From Macrostomum lignano (taxonomy: Eukaryota): a stretch of 37,910 bases of DNA. This document shows positions 12,832 to 25,646 of this stretch, in pieces. The DNA is taken from contig NIVC01004692.1 in assembly GCA_002269645.1 (NCBI GenBank), positions 1 through 37,910 on the forward strand. The letters run 5' to 3'. The notes beneath the pieces are model-generated. The model had not been told where the DNA came from. It did not search any database and saw only the letters and a list, made by a program, of their open reading frames with translations. Position numbers and translations under genes: made by a program. Numbering within the stretch: the stretch's first letter is position 1; every line of letters starts with the position of its first letter.

Positions 12832-13422
12832 CCTTGACTATCACCACAAATACCTCACTATAACATTTATGTACATTAATGTATATCTTGTCTAAGCAAA
12901 TTTATGTAACTTTGCATTATTCAATAACAATAAGTATTTTCATGTACATTTTTCTAGTTTTATTTAATTAGTACTTTTAACAGTTTTTCTCATTTAAACT
13001 TTAAAGGGTTTTGTAATTTGTATTCAAAATCTGTACATAAAGCATTACTTGTTTATCTTGCTCAGTAGTAACATTGCCATTTCAAAAAAAATCTTCCAGT
13101 ATAACAAAAGCGATTTGTTGTTGTATTTCGTCTCCTAACAAACAGTTGACTTTATCTGATCAACTATCGATATTTCTTTATCTATCATTTTTTTCTACTG
13201 TAACAAAAAAGCCAAGTTTTTTCTGTCGAAATAAATAAAAAAGAGCCGATAATATTGCTTTTTGTTTTAATAATGCAGCACGTCAAAAAGTTGTTGATAT
13301 TGAATGAAAAATAAACCCTCTCGTTGGATAAACTTGTTTTAATTGGTTAAACATTTCATCCTCTCAATCCAGTTCAAATCCAATAGGTCATTTAAGGTCA
13401 CCGAATAGAATCGTTATCAAAA

Positions 13423-16400
13423 TTAGCAGAGGACCGATTTGCCCCGACGATTGGTTGCCATGGCAACCAGGGCAGCGCCGCCGGCAATTCCAAATTGGGC
13501 GAAGTCCGCCGAGTAGCTGCAAGATGAAACCGGGTGCTTAAATTATTCGGTGCCTGCATGCGTATTTCTAGATTTGTTGAAGCAGTTCGATCAAAATTTT
13601 ATTAGACATCCCGTCTCAATTCCAGCCTTAGAAGATAAGGATGAGATACAGGAGCCTATTCAGAATAACAGCTATGAGCGTTCCTGAAACTCGTGATATA
13701 TCAGCATTCCTGAATCTCATATATGAAGATTCCTGATTCTCATATATCTGAATTTCTGAATCTCCTATATCAGAATATGAAACATTCCCGAATCTTTTAT
13801 ATTACCATTCCTGAATCCCATATATATGAGCATTCCTGAATCTCACCTATGAGCATTCCTGAATCTCACCTATGAGATTCCTGAATCTCACCTATGAGCA
13901 TTCCTGAATCTCACCTATGAGCATTGCTGAATCTCACCTATGAGCATTCCTGAATCTCACCTATGAGCGTTTCTGAATCTCACCTATGAGCGTTCCTGAA
14001 TCTCACCTATGAGCGTTCCTGAATCTCACCCTACAAGATGACACAATGAAACCCACCTCGAAACAGCTCCCACAGCTGAGCCAATCTGCCACAGAATCTT
14101 CTGTTTGAGTGAAGCGCTCGGCACTTGACGGGTCAGTTCGTCGGAGGCCAGCAAAGTGGACAAGGTCTTGTCGAAATTGACGGTCGGCTGACTCGGTAGC
14201 GACACAGTCTGATGATCAGGTTTGCCAAGTGAGATGAGTCGAGAGCTGTTAAGAACGGAGGGCTCTTCAATAACGACGTCGAACTTAGTGCTGGATGATT
14301 TTGTGCTGAGCACCGGCTGGGAGCCAAAATTGGTAACGCGCTTTGACTGCTTGGACAAATGGACTCGCTCCGCAGCCATAGTCAGGCGTCGGTCGTTCGA
14401 CACGGAACGACGTTCTCGTGACAGCCGTCGGTCCATCGACACAACGCGACGCTCAGCAGCTCTAGTCAGACGTCGGTCAGTCGACACAGCGCGACGCTCA
14501 GCAGCTCTAGTCAGACGTCGGTCAGTCGACACAGCGCGACGCTCAGCAGCCCTAGTCAGACGCAGGTCAGTCGACACGGAACGACGCTCTCGTGACAGCC
14601 GTCGGTCAGTCGACACAGCGCGACGCTCAGCAGCTCTAGTCAGACGTCGGTCAGTCGACACAGCGCGACGCTCAGCAGCTCTAGTCAAACGTCGGTCAGT
14701 CGACACAGCGCGACGCTCAGCAGCCCTAGTCAGACGTCGGTCGACACGGAACGACGCTCTCGTGACAGCCGTCGGTCAGTCGACACAACGCGACGCTCAG
14801 CAGCTCTAGTCAGACGTCGGTCAGTCGACACAGCGCGACGCACAGAAGCCTAGAGAGGCGTCGGTCGTTCGACACGGAACGACGCTCAGAAGCTCTAGTC
14901 AGCCGTCGGTCAGTCGTCACAGCGCGACGCTCAGCAGCTCTAGTCAGGCGTCGGTCGTTCGACACGGAGCGACGCTCTCGTGACAGCCGTCGGTCATCGA
15001 CACAGCGCGACGCTCAGCAGCTCTAGTCAGACGTCGGTCGTTCGACACGGAACGACGCTCTCGTGACAGCCGTCGGTCCATCGACACAGCGCGACGCTCA
15101 GCAGCTCTAGTCAGACGTCGGTCAGTCGACACAGAACGACGCTCTCGTGACAGCCGTCGGTCAGTCGACACAGCGCGACGCTCAGCAGCTCTAGTCAGAC
15201 GTCGGTCAGTCGAGACAGCGCGACGCTCAGCAGCTCTAGTCAGACGTCGGTCAGTCGACACAGCGTGACGCTCAGCAGCCTTAGTCAGACGTCGGTCGTT
15301 CGACACGGAACGACGCTCTCGTGACAGCCGTCGGTCCATCGACACAGCGCGACGCTCAGCAGCTCTAGTCAGACGTCGGTCAGTCGACACTGCGCGACGC
15401 TCAGCAGCTCTAGTCAGACCTCGGTCGTTCGACACGGAACGAGGCTCTCGTGACAGCCGTCGGTCAGTCGACACAGCGCGACGCTCAGCAGCTCTAGTCA
15501 GACGTCGGTCAGTCGACACAGCGCGACGCTCAGCAGCCTAGTCAGACGTCGGTCGTTCGACACGGAACGACGCTCTCGTGACAGCCGTCGGTCCATCGAC
15601 ACAGCGCGACGCTCAGCAGCTCTAGTCAGACGTCGGTCAGTCGACACAGCGCGACGCTCAGCAGCTCTAGTCAGGCGTCGGTCGTTCGACACGGAACGAC
15701 GCTCTCGTGACAGCCGTCGGTCCATCGACACAACGCGACGCTCAGCAGCTCTAGTCAGACGTCGGTCAGTCGACACAGCGCAACGCTCAGCAGCTCTAGT
15801 CAGACGTCGGTCAGTCGACACAGCGCGACGATCAGCAGCCCTAGTCAGACGTCGGTCGTTCGACACGGAACGACGCTCTCGTGACAGCCGTCGGTCAGTC
15901 GTCACAGCGCGACGCTCAGCAGCTCTAGTCAGACGTCGGTCAGTCGACACAGCCCGACGCTCAGCAGCTCTAGTTAGGCGTCGGTCGTTCGACACGGAGC
16001 GACGCTCTCGTGACAGCCGTCGGTCCATCGACACAACGCGACGCTCAGCAGCTCTAGTCAGACGTCGGTCAGTCGACACAGCGCGACGCTCAGCAGCTCT
16101 AGTCAGGCGTCGGTCGTTCGACACGGAACGACGCTCAGAAGCTCTAGTCAGCCGTCGGTCAGTCGTCACAGCGCGACGCTCAGCAGCTCTAGTCAGACGT
16201 CGGTCAGTTGACACAGCGCGACGCTCAGCAGCTCTAGTCAGGCGTCGGTCGTTCGACACGGAGCGACGCTCTCGTGACAGCCGTCGGTCCATCGACACAG
16301 CGCGACGCTCAGCAGCTCTAGTCAGACGTCGGTCGTTCGACACGGAACGACGCTCTCGTGACAGCCGTCGGTCCATCGACACAGCGCGACGCTCAGCAGC

Positions 16401-17455
16401 TCTAGTCAGACGTCGGTCGGTCGACACAGCGCGACGCTCAGCAGCTCTAGTCAGACGTCGGTCAGTCGACACAGCGCGACGCTCAGCAGCCTTAGTCAGA
16501 GGTCGGTCGTTCGACACAGAACGACGCTCTCGTGACAGCCGTCGGTCAGTCGACACAGCGCGACGCTCAGCAGCTCTAGTCAGACGTCGGTCAGTCGACA
16601 CTGCGCGACGCTCAGCAGCCCTAGTCAGACGTCGGTCGTTCGACACGGAACGACGCTCTCGTGACAGCCGTCGGTCAGTCGTCACAGCGCGACGCTCAGC
16701 AGCTCTAGTCAGACGTCGGTCAGTCGACACAGCGCGACGCTCAGCAGCTCTAGTCAGGCGTCGGTCGTTCGACACGGAGCGACGCTCTCGTGACAGCCGT
16801 CGGTCCATCGACACAACGCGACGCTCAGCAGCTCTAGTCAGACGTCGGTCAGTCGACACAGCGCGACGCTCAGCAGCTCTAGTCAGACGTCGGTCAGTCG
16901 ACACAGCGCGACGATCAGCAGCTCTAGTCAGACGTCGGTCAGTCGACACTGCGCGACGCTCAGCAGCCTAGTCAGACGTCGGTCGTTCGACACGGAACGA
17001 CGCTCTCGTGACAGCCGTCGGTCCATCGACACAGCGCGATGCTTAGCAGCTCTAGTCAGACGACGGTCAGTCGACACAGCGCGACGCTCAGCAGCTCTAG
17101 TCAGACGTCGGTCAGTCGACACAGCGCGACGCTCAGAAGCCCTAGAGAGGCGTCGGTCGTTCGACACGGAACGACGCTCAGAAGCTCTAGTCAGGCGTCG
17201 ATCGTTCGACACGGAACGACGCTCTCGTGACAGCGGACTGCTCTGTGGGAGCCTTCGCACATCAACTCTTGACTGACGAGCGTCATTCACTACCGAAGTC
17301 TTCCCGACATCCGACACAGAGATGCGGCTGCCCGGCTGTGGTCCAGCAGGAGCGGCATCTCCGGCGTTAACTCCGACTTCAGCGATGTGACAGTCGATTG
17401 TCTTCCTGGTCATGAAGACCAGAGTAATCAACAGCAGCAGCTTGACGTCCACCAT
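13423..17455 (-). CDS. Unknown secreted Arg-rich tandem-repeat protein, about 1,166 aa if five small deletions are corrected
   Basis: ATG at 17455 directly after a TTCCAG acceptor; MVDVKLLLLITLVFMTRKTIDC looks like a signal peptide. About 950 aa of STDRRLTRAAERRAV and S[MT]DRRLSRERRSV repeats follow, then a unique region, a donor at 14057 (AG|GTGGGT) and a phase-matched last exon 13516-13423 (SYSADFAQFGIAGGAALVAMATNRRGKSVLC*). Many inter-repeat substitutions are synonymous in this frame. Frame breaks at about 16968, 15538, 14996, 14850 (-1 each) and 14751 (-4). Confidence 0.7.
13795..14028. repeat. 23-bp minisatellite (gagcattcctgaatctcacctat), last intron of the Arg-rich gene; degenerate copies extend to about 13670
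   Basis: Direct reading. Confidence 0.9.
14375..17230 (-). repeat. Coding tandem array of mixed 45-bp and 39-bp units
   Basis: Units encode the 15-aa and 13-aa repeats on the minus strand. Confidence 0.95.
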
Positions 17456-18064
17456 CTGGAAGTGGAGAAAAGTTTGAGAAAATTTGACAGCTTTTAGATT
17501 AGTATTGCAAAAAAGCATGTTTTTCGAATATTTAATCCCTTTAGCATTTATCAATTTCTTAGCCAAGATACATGTACCGTCCCGGGAAAATTTCTGATCG
17601 AACAGTGCAAATTCGAACAAAATCGGTCAAGCCATTCAGGAGAAAATCGATTTCGTACAAACAAACAACTCATTTTTAGTACATAGGAAAAAGGTAGTTT
17701 TGCAGGAAGGTTGCTGGATCAGAGGATCCAGCTTTAGTGGGCACCTTAGGCTTGATAGGCATATATAGTATATTCACTAGGCCTCTTGGACGACAACTGG
17801 TCTGAAGTTTGTATACAATACTTGCCTGGCGATGAGAAAGTACCCGCATGCGTTTTGTACCAGTGTCTCCGCTTGCCTATACTTGCTGGCTCCGGGTCAA
17901 TTTTAGGCAAGGGTTGGCAAACTCCCGCGCGTGAAGGTTTTTTCGCTCAAGTCTGATGGTCTCTTCTCAGCTCTCTTCTTTCTTCTACTCTCCTCCCCTC
18001 TCTTCTCTCTATCTCCTCTCTCCCTTCTCCCTTTTCTCTTCTTTCCTCTCCTAGCCCGCAGTCA

Positions 18065-19547
18065 TTCGCAAGATTCGATATATTTCAATATTCAAAGATT
18101 CTATATGTATATCTATATCGCAATTAAAGATTCCATATCCATATCGCAAGATTCTATATCTATATCGCAAGATTCCATATCTATATCGCAAGATTCCATA
18201 TCTATATCGCAAGATTCCATATCTATATCGCAAGATTTCAAATCTATATCGCAAGATTTCAAATCTATATCGCAAGATTTCAAATCTATATCGCAAGATT
18301 TCAAATCTATATCGCAAGATTCCATATCTATATCGCAAGATTTCAAATCTATATCGCAAGATTCTATATCTATATCGCAAGATTCCATATCTATATCGCA
18401 AGATTCCATATCTATATCGCATGATTATATATCTATATCGCAAGATTTCAAATCTATATTGCAAGATTCTATATCTATATCGCAAGATTCCATATCTATA
18501 TCGCAAGATTCCATATCTATATCGCATGATTATATATCTATATCGCAAGATTCCATATCTATATCGCAAGATTCCATATCTATATCGCAAGATTCCATAT
18601 CTATATCGCAAGATTCCATATCTATATCGCAAGATTCCATATCTATATCGCAAGATTCCATATCTATATCGCAAGATTCCATATCTATAACGCAAGATTC
18701 CATATCTATATCGCAAGATTCCATATCTATATCGCAAGATTCCATATCTATATCGCAAGATTCTATATCTATATCGCAAGATTCCATATCTATATCGCAA
18801 GATTCTAATCTATATCGCAAGATTCCATATCTATATCGCAAGATTCCATATCTATATCGCAAGATTCCATATCTATATCGCAAGATTCCATATCTATATC
18901 GCAAGATTACATATCTATATCGCAAGATTCCATATCTATATCGCAAGATTCCAAATCTATATCGCAAGATTCCATATCTATATCACAAGATTCCATATCT
19001 ATATCGCATGATTCTATATATCTATATCGCAGGATTCTATATATAGCAAGATTCCATATCTATATCGCAAGATTCCATATCCATATCGCAAGATTCCATA
19101 TCTATATCGCAATTAAAGATTCCATATCTATATCGCAAGATTCCATATCTATATTGCAAGATTCCAAATCTATAACGCAAGATTCCATATCTATATTGCA
19201 AGATTCCATATCTATAACGCAAGATTCCATATCTATATCGCATGATTCCATATCTATATCGCAAGATTCTATATCTATAACGCAAGATTCCATATCTATT
19301 TGCAAGATTCCATATCTATATCGCAAGATTCCATATCCATATCGCAAGATTCCATATCTATATCGCAAGATTCTATATCTATATCGCAAGATTCCATATC
19401 TATATCGCAAGATTCCATATCTATATCGCAAGATTCCATATCTATATCGCAAGATTCCATATCTATATCGCAAGATTCCATATCTATATCGCAAGATTCC
19501 ATATCTATATCGCAAGATTCCATATCTATATCGCAAGATTCCATATC
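18065..19547. repeat. 21-bp minisatellite (gcaagattccatatctatatc), about 70 copies, probably in the 5'UTR intron of the Arg-rich gene
   Basis: Direct reading. It produces the SISISQD, YRYGILR and MESCDID ORF artefacts. Confidence 0.97.
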
Positions 19548-19665
19548 TGCTCGTATTTCCAGGAAAGCTCTAGACGAACTAAGTCTACGGAGAACACCGT
19601 GAACCTGCCGGTTAAAGTGCAATATGCAGTTCAGTTTAAAGGATATTACGAGTAGTTCAACTCAC

Positions 19666-19785
19666 CTTGGTAGACAGTTAGTTCAACAAAAATTATGCGC
19701 AGAAAGGTGCCAGAATCGAAAATTGATGAACTTGGTGAAAGGCAGTGAAGTCCGACTAGCGCCGCTACTGTCTGATATATATATA
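19666..19785 (-). promoter_or_regulatory. Candidate TATA-like element (19775-19785) and ATG-free 5'UTR exon ending in a strong donor AAG|GTGAGT at 19666, for the Arg-rich gene
   Basis: Splicing 19666 to 17455 gives CCAAG-ATG-G (A at -3, G at +4). There is no ATG between the TA run and the donor. Inference only. Confidence 0.45.
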
Positions 19786-20269
19786 CATTTCTCTTAGTTG
19801 CTGGGGGAAAACTGACTTGCTCTTATCAGCAATTGGCAGGCGGAGCGGTCGCCAGCAGGCCGGCACCAACCCAAACCCAATGGGCTTTCATCAATTTCAA
19901 CGGATTGCAGGGCCTTGGTTTCATGGAATTCGAATCGACTTCAACCACTCGCGGTCACGGTTTCAATCCAACGAGTTCCATGATTTTTTATCGCTTTTTC
20001 TTTCCTTCGAGTTTCTCACCGATAATCCGGGAAATCGCGCGTCGAGGGAAATCAGACTCTGAGAGTGGGTTACGCAACAGCGAGTACTGATTGAGAGCTC
20101 GGCACTCGAAGGAATTGCGGGCAACGTTGATTAACTCTTGTGTCATAAACACAAGTTGTCGCTTTTGCAAGCAGATGGGCCTTTGTTTACAGATTTCTGC
20201 TGTCTTTAGGCAAGCATGCAAGAGCAGTAGCCAGCTTGATAACCGTGTGACAGCCTGATGGTGAATCAT

Positions 20270-21108
20270 GTTGCACTTGTTTTGGTGAATAGTGTGATGG
20301 TGAATTATGTAGCAATCTATTGGTGAATGTGACAGTGTGATGGTGAATTGTGTAGCAATCTATTGGTGAATTTGACAGTGTGATGGTGAATTATGTGACA
20401 GACTGCAATGGTGAATGATTTGAAAGTGCAATGGTGAATGATGTGACAGTGCAATGATGAGTGATGTGACAGTGCAATGGTGAATGATGTGACAGTGCAA
20501 TGGTGAATGATGTGACAGTGCAATGGTGAATGATGTGACATTGCAATGGTGAATGATGTGACAGTGCAATGGTGAATGATGTGAAAGTGCAATGGTGAAT
20601 GATGTGAAAGTGCAATGGTGAATGATGTGAAAGTGCATTGGTGAATGATGTGAAAGTGCAATGGTGAATGATGTGAAAGTGCAATGGTGAATGATGTGAA
20701 AGTGCATTGGTGAATGATGTGAAAGTGCATTGGTGAATGATGTGAAAGTGCAATGGTGAATGATGTGAAAGTGCAATGGTGAATGATGTGACAGTGCAAT
20801 GGTGAATGATGTGAAAGTGCAATGGTGAATGATGTGAAAGTGCATTGGTGAATGATGTGAAAGTGCAATGGTGAATGATGTGAAAGTGCATTGGTGAATG
20901 ATGTGAAAGTGCAATGGTGAATGATGTGAAAGTGCAATGGTGAATGATGTGAAAGTGCAATGGTGAATGATGTGAAAGTGCATTGGTGAATGATGTGAAA
21001 GTGCAATGGTGAATGATGTGAAAGTGCAATGGTGAATGATGTGAAAGTGCAATGGTGAATGATGTGAAAGTGCATTGGTGAATGATGTGAAAGTGCAATG
21101 GTGAATGA
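20270..21108. repeat. 23-bp minisatellite (gtgaatgatgtgaaagtgcaatg), about 36 copies
   Basis: Direct reading. His-rich ORFs occur in all three minus frames because 23 is not a multiple of 3. Confidence 0.97.
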
Positions 21109-21484
21109 TTTTCTTCTGGTTGTTGAAATATTTAGCCAAAACAAAGCAAGCCAAGTAAATTTCAAACAGAATACGTCGTAAATTGTTTCACTGCTTCAGC
21201 AAAAACAAATGCAAGCATTTTTAATGCTACGCTTGACAAATGACAAAACTTATCATCAGTGTATTTCGGTTTACGATTTTGCGAATAGAAAAGAACAGTA
21301 TTTTGTGCCGGTGGAAATCAAAAAAAGACTAACAGAAACTATTGGAACAAAAACAAAATAAGCTGCTAATTGTGCATGTATGAAAGCACTTTTATTGTTT
21401 TTATTAGTTAACCTGTTAATCATAGCGATCGAATAGATGATTATTTGGCACCCTCTAAAATGATTTTAGTTCACCGTAGAAATG

Positions 21485-21925
21485 ATTTTGCCTCACACTA
21501 GAAATGATTTTGTCTCATCCTAGAAATGATTTTGTCTCATCCTAGAAATGATTTTGTCTCACCCTAGAAATGATTATGTCTCATCCTAGAAATGATTTTG
21601 TCTCACCCTAGAATTGATTTTGTCTCACCCTAGAAATGATTTTGTCTCATCCTAGAAATGATTATGACTCATCCTAGAAATGATTTTGTCTCACCCTAGA
21701 AATGATTATGTCTCATCCTAGAAATGATTTTGTCTCACCCTAGAATTGATTTTGTCTCACCCTAGAAATGATTTTGTCTCATCCTAGAAATGATTATGAC
21801 TCATCCTAGAAATGATTTTGTCTCACCCTAGAAATGATTATGACTCATCCTAGAAATGATTTTGTCTCACCCTAGAAATGATTATGACTCATCCTAGAAG
21901 TAATTTTGTCCGATCCTAGAAATGA
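21485..21925. repeat. 22-bp minisatellite (ctagaaatgattttgtctcatc), about 20 copies, downstream of PIGW
   Basis: Direct reading. Confidence 0.95.
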
Positions 21926-22050
21926 TTTTGGGTCCCCCTTGGACTGATAGTTTTATAGTTAGGGAAATTTTTAGAAGAGAATTATCAAGAGTCAAAAAAG
22001 CAACAAGGAGTTCCACTGTAAAAAACAGTGCATCATATTTTACGAGGTGT

Positions 22051-25000
22051 TCACTCCGCCTTGCTGCGCGACCCAGCAAGGCCACGCTGTTGCCAAGCCC
22101 CAATTACCATAGACAGCAACGGTAACGAGCCAACCAGACAGATTAGGTAAACAATCAAAATCCCCATAGCAACTAATTTGTCGCTAATTGCCACAGTATC
22201 TACAGTCAGATTAACGGCTCCCGTAAGCAGATTAGCCAATAGGAAATAAGCCAGACTACACCGGCCAATCAGAGCTAGCACAGGCGAACACGACCGATCG
22301 ATGGAGCCGAGGCAGAGCAGCCGGCCGATGGTGAGCATCAACAGCACCTGACAGCAGGCGGCTAGGCAGGTGATCAGGAATCCGGCATTGAACAGAAGCC
22401 GAGAAGGCTCAGTTACGATAGGCGGCAACTTGACAGAGGCCACAGTCAGGGCCCATGGCAGGGCCACGATGGCTAGCAGTAGCAGGGGCCACGAGATCAG
22501 GCGGTTGGCGTCTGGGATGACGAGAGGATTGAATAATTCTATTGTAGCGGTTAACTGTTAGTTTATTTCAGAAACTTGTGCTATAGATCACTATAGATCG
22601 TATGATATAGACATCCTAATACAAAAATTGATTGTTTATAGACAACATTGATCATAGTCTATAGAAACGCTATAGAGATCCCAGTCTATAAACACGTCAT
22701 ATAGATCCTAGAGTATAAAAAACGCCATATATAAATAGATCCCAGTCTAAACACGCGCTATATATAGATAGATCCCAGTCTATAGATACACTACATAGAT
22801 CCCAGTCTATAGATACACTACATAGATCCACTACATAGATACACTACATAGACGCTATTATTCTGGTGCTTGACTGGGTGCTACGGACTGCTCTGCCTTC
22901 CAACGACGACGGCTTCCTGCTGCGGCGACGCGTGGGTCGACGCCAACCGGAGAGACGGCTCAGCGTGCTTGGCTACGCCGATGACCTCGCCCTGCTGTCC
23001 TCGACCGTCGAGGGCGCCCAACGACAGCTGGATAGGCTGGTTGCCGTTGCGGCGAGCGTCGGCCTGGTGGTCAACACGCAGAAGACCGTCGTGCTATGCG
23101 TGCCGGACGACACCGAGGTTGCAATCTTCTGCCGAGGCGCTGACGGACAGGCGAGTGAGCTTCCAAGATGTCAGCAGTTCGTCTACCTCGGCGGTCTGGT
23201 TCCCGACGTTCGCGAGGATCTGCGGCGTCGCCGAGGACTTGCCTGGGCTGCCTTTCGTTCTATAAGGTCAGTCCTGCAGTCCGAGGCCCTACCGGACCGC
23301 CAGAGGGCGGCGCTGTTCCAGGCGGTGATCGAAACCGTCCTGTTATACAACGCCGAGACCTGGACGCTGACAGACTCGCTCGAGGCTCAAGTCGACGCGG
23401 CGCACGCTGGCCTGCTGCGCGCCGCCTTCAAGATCGGCAACGAGCGAGTCACCAACATGGCGCTCTACCATCGCGCCGGCCTGGCCCGTCCTAGCGATCT
23501 GCTGCGCCGTTGGCGACTCCAGCTGGCAGGCCACGTCATCCGCGCCGAGGCCTACTGTCCGGAGCCGGTGCAGGAGGTGCTGCTACTTACGTTGCAGGCA
23601 CCCTACCGGCGGGGACAAGCGAGGACACGGCGCTACGTCGACTGTCTGCTGGCTGACGCCGGCGCCCCGGACTCTGCCGGCGGTGCGGCCTTTGTTTGCG
23701 CCCAAGCTTCGAAGCGTGCCATCTGACGTTGCTTTTTACGACCCGGCAGCGTACTCTGTTGTTTTGTTGTATAGATCCCAGTCTATAGATACACTACATA
23801 GATCCCAGTCTATAGATACACTACATAGATCCCAGTCTATAGATACACTACATAGATCCCAGTCTATAGATACACTACATAGATCCCAGTCTATAGATAC
23901 ACTACATAGATCCCAGTCTATAGATACACTACATAGATCCCAGTCTATAGATACACTACATAGATCCCAGTCTATAGATACACAACATAGATCCCAGTCT
24001 ATAGATACACTACATAGATCCCAGTCTATAGATACACTACATAGATCCCAGTCTATAGATACACTACATAGATCCCAGTCTATAGATACACTACATAGAT
24101 CCCAGTCTATAGACACGCCATATATTGATTCCATTCTATAGAGTATAGATACACTATATAGATCCCAATATATAGAAATACTATATAGATCCGGGTCTTT
24201 AGACACGCTATATAGAGCATGGTCTATAGACACGCTGCGCATAGAGTAAGATCTCAGTCTTACGATGTCTAAAGATCTCAATCTCTAGACACGCTAGAGA
24301 TACCAGCCTAGCAATGAAACCCTGTTGCACCTGCAGCAGTCGACTCAGTTCCGACGCGCAATCGTCGACCAATAGCGGCGCCGGCGCAATAGATGGCGCA
24401 GTAGGGCGGCAGCGACATCAGGCCCTCCTTGTTGGCCACCAGCGGCCACAACAGGTGCCGATCGCCGCTAGCCAAAAGAAACTCGGCCCCACCGAACGGC
24501 AGCACCAGGAGGCAGTGTCCGGCGGCGAGAACCAGCGACCAGAGCCCCGGCCGGCCGGACAACGCAGGCCAGACCGCTCGGAGACAGGCCAGGGTGATGA
24601 AGAAGTTCCAGTGCACTCCATACTCGGTGACGTGCTCCTGCGTGTCGTGGATTGTTTGGTGGGAGGCGGGGTTGTTAGCCTTCATCCACAACAACATCCT
24701 CGGAATAAAACGCCTCGAACGTATGTAAAATTCCAAACAAGATCATTAGCATAAAATCCCTAATAGATATACCTGTAGATATCCCCAAGATGAGAATTCC
24801 CCAATAAGATCCCCCACATGAAAAATCCCCAAAAATATCCCCAAGATGAGAAATCCCCAAATATCTTAAGGATGAGAAATCCCCAATAAGAAAAATCCAC
24901 CAAAATATCCCCTAAATGGGAAATCCCCAAAATTTCCCTAAGATGGAAATTCCCAAAAATATTCGCTAGATTAGAAATCCAAATCTCAAGCAAAAATCCT

Positions 25001-25463
25001 CGAATAGAAAAATCCCTTTAAAAGATCCCAGGATATTACCTGATAATTCGAAGCCTTCACAGCCAGAGTCCTCGCCAGTCCGAGCAGCGCCAGCGGCAGA
25101 CAGGCGCCAACCAGGGATCGGCGCCATCGCGACATTGAAAACGGAGTCGGCGCCGGCGCCAGCAAGCCGCTGGCGAAGGCGAACGCCGGAGCGCCGACGT
25201 CCATGAGACCGACGCCGGCGGACTCGGCCTTGGCCAAGCGGCGGGGCATGGCCGGGAAATCCACGGCCAGAATGGCGACGGACGTCTGCAGCAGCAGGAG
25301 GGCCTGCAGAATGAAGGGTGGGCGGGGATTGTCCGTGTAACCTCTTTTCTTGATGAATCTGTGTGCTTCGGGCAAAGTGTGCGTCTGTCTGTCCGTCTGT
25401 CTATTTGCTTGTCTATCTGTCTGTCTGTCTGTGTCTGTCTGTCTGTGTCTGTCTGTCTATCTA

Positions 25464-25546
<83 letters not shown>

Positions 25547-25611
25547 GTGTCTGTCTGTCCCTCTGTCTGTCTGTCTGTCTTTCTGTCTATTTGCGTGTCT
25601 ATCTGTCTGTG

Positions 25612-25646
<35 letters not shown>

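Noticed and set aside
13320-13390. tRNA/SINE-like A-box and B-box (TGGTTAA…GTTCAAATCC)
   Set aside because: No cloverleaf pairing could be built; probably chance.
14222-14809. Plus-strand reading of the Arg-rich array (SAALVRRRSVDTARR)
   Set aside because: No signal peptide or splice support; synonymous variation, the ATG/acceptor and the phase-matched last exon all favour the minus strand.
17931-19622. Long ORFs (SISISQD, YRYGILR, MESCDID repeats) as proteins
   Set aside because: They arise from a 21-bp satellite open in several frames on both strands, with frame-shifting indels and no splice or start context.
19800-20270. Short ORFs in the unique island between two satellites
   Set aside because: No recognisable motif or consistent splice partners on either strand; it may simply be upstream regulatory DNA of the Arg-rich gene.
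20317-21165. His-rich ORFs as metal-binding proteins
   Set aside because: The 23-bp unit gives the same peptide in all three frames, which marks a non-coding satellite.
22014-22030. CACTGTAAAAAACAGTG mini-hairpin as a CACTA transposon end or terminator
   Set aside because: No partner terminus or TSD, and too short to support a call.
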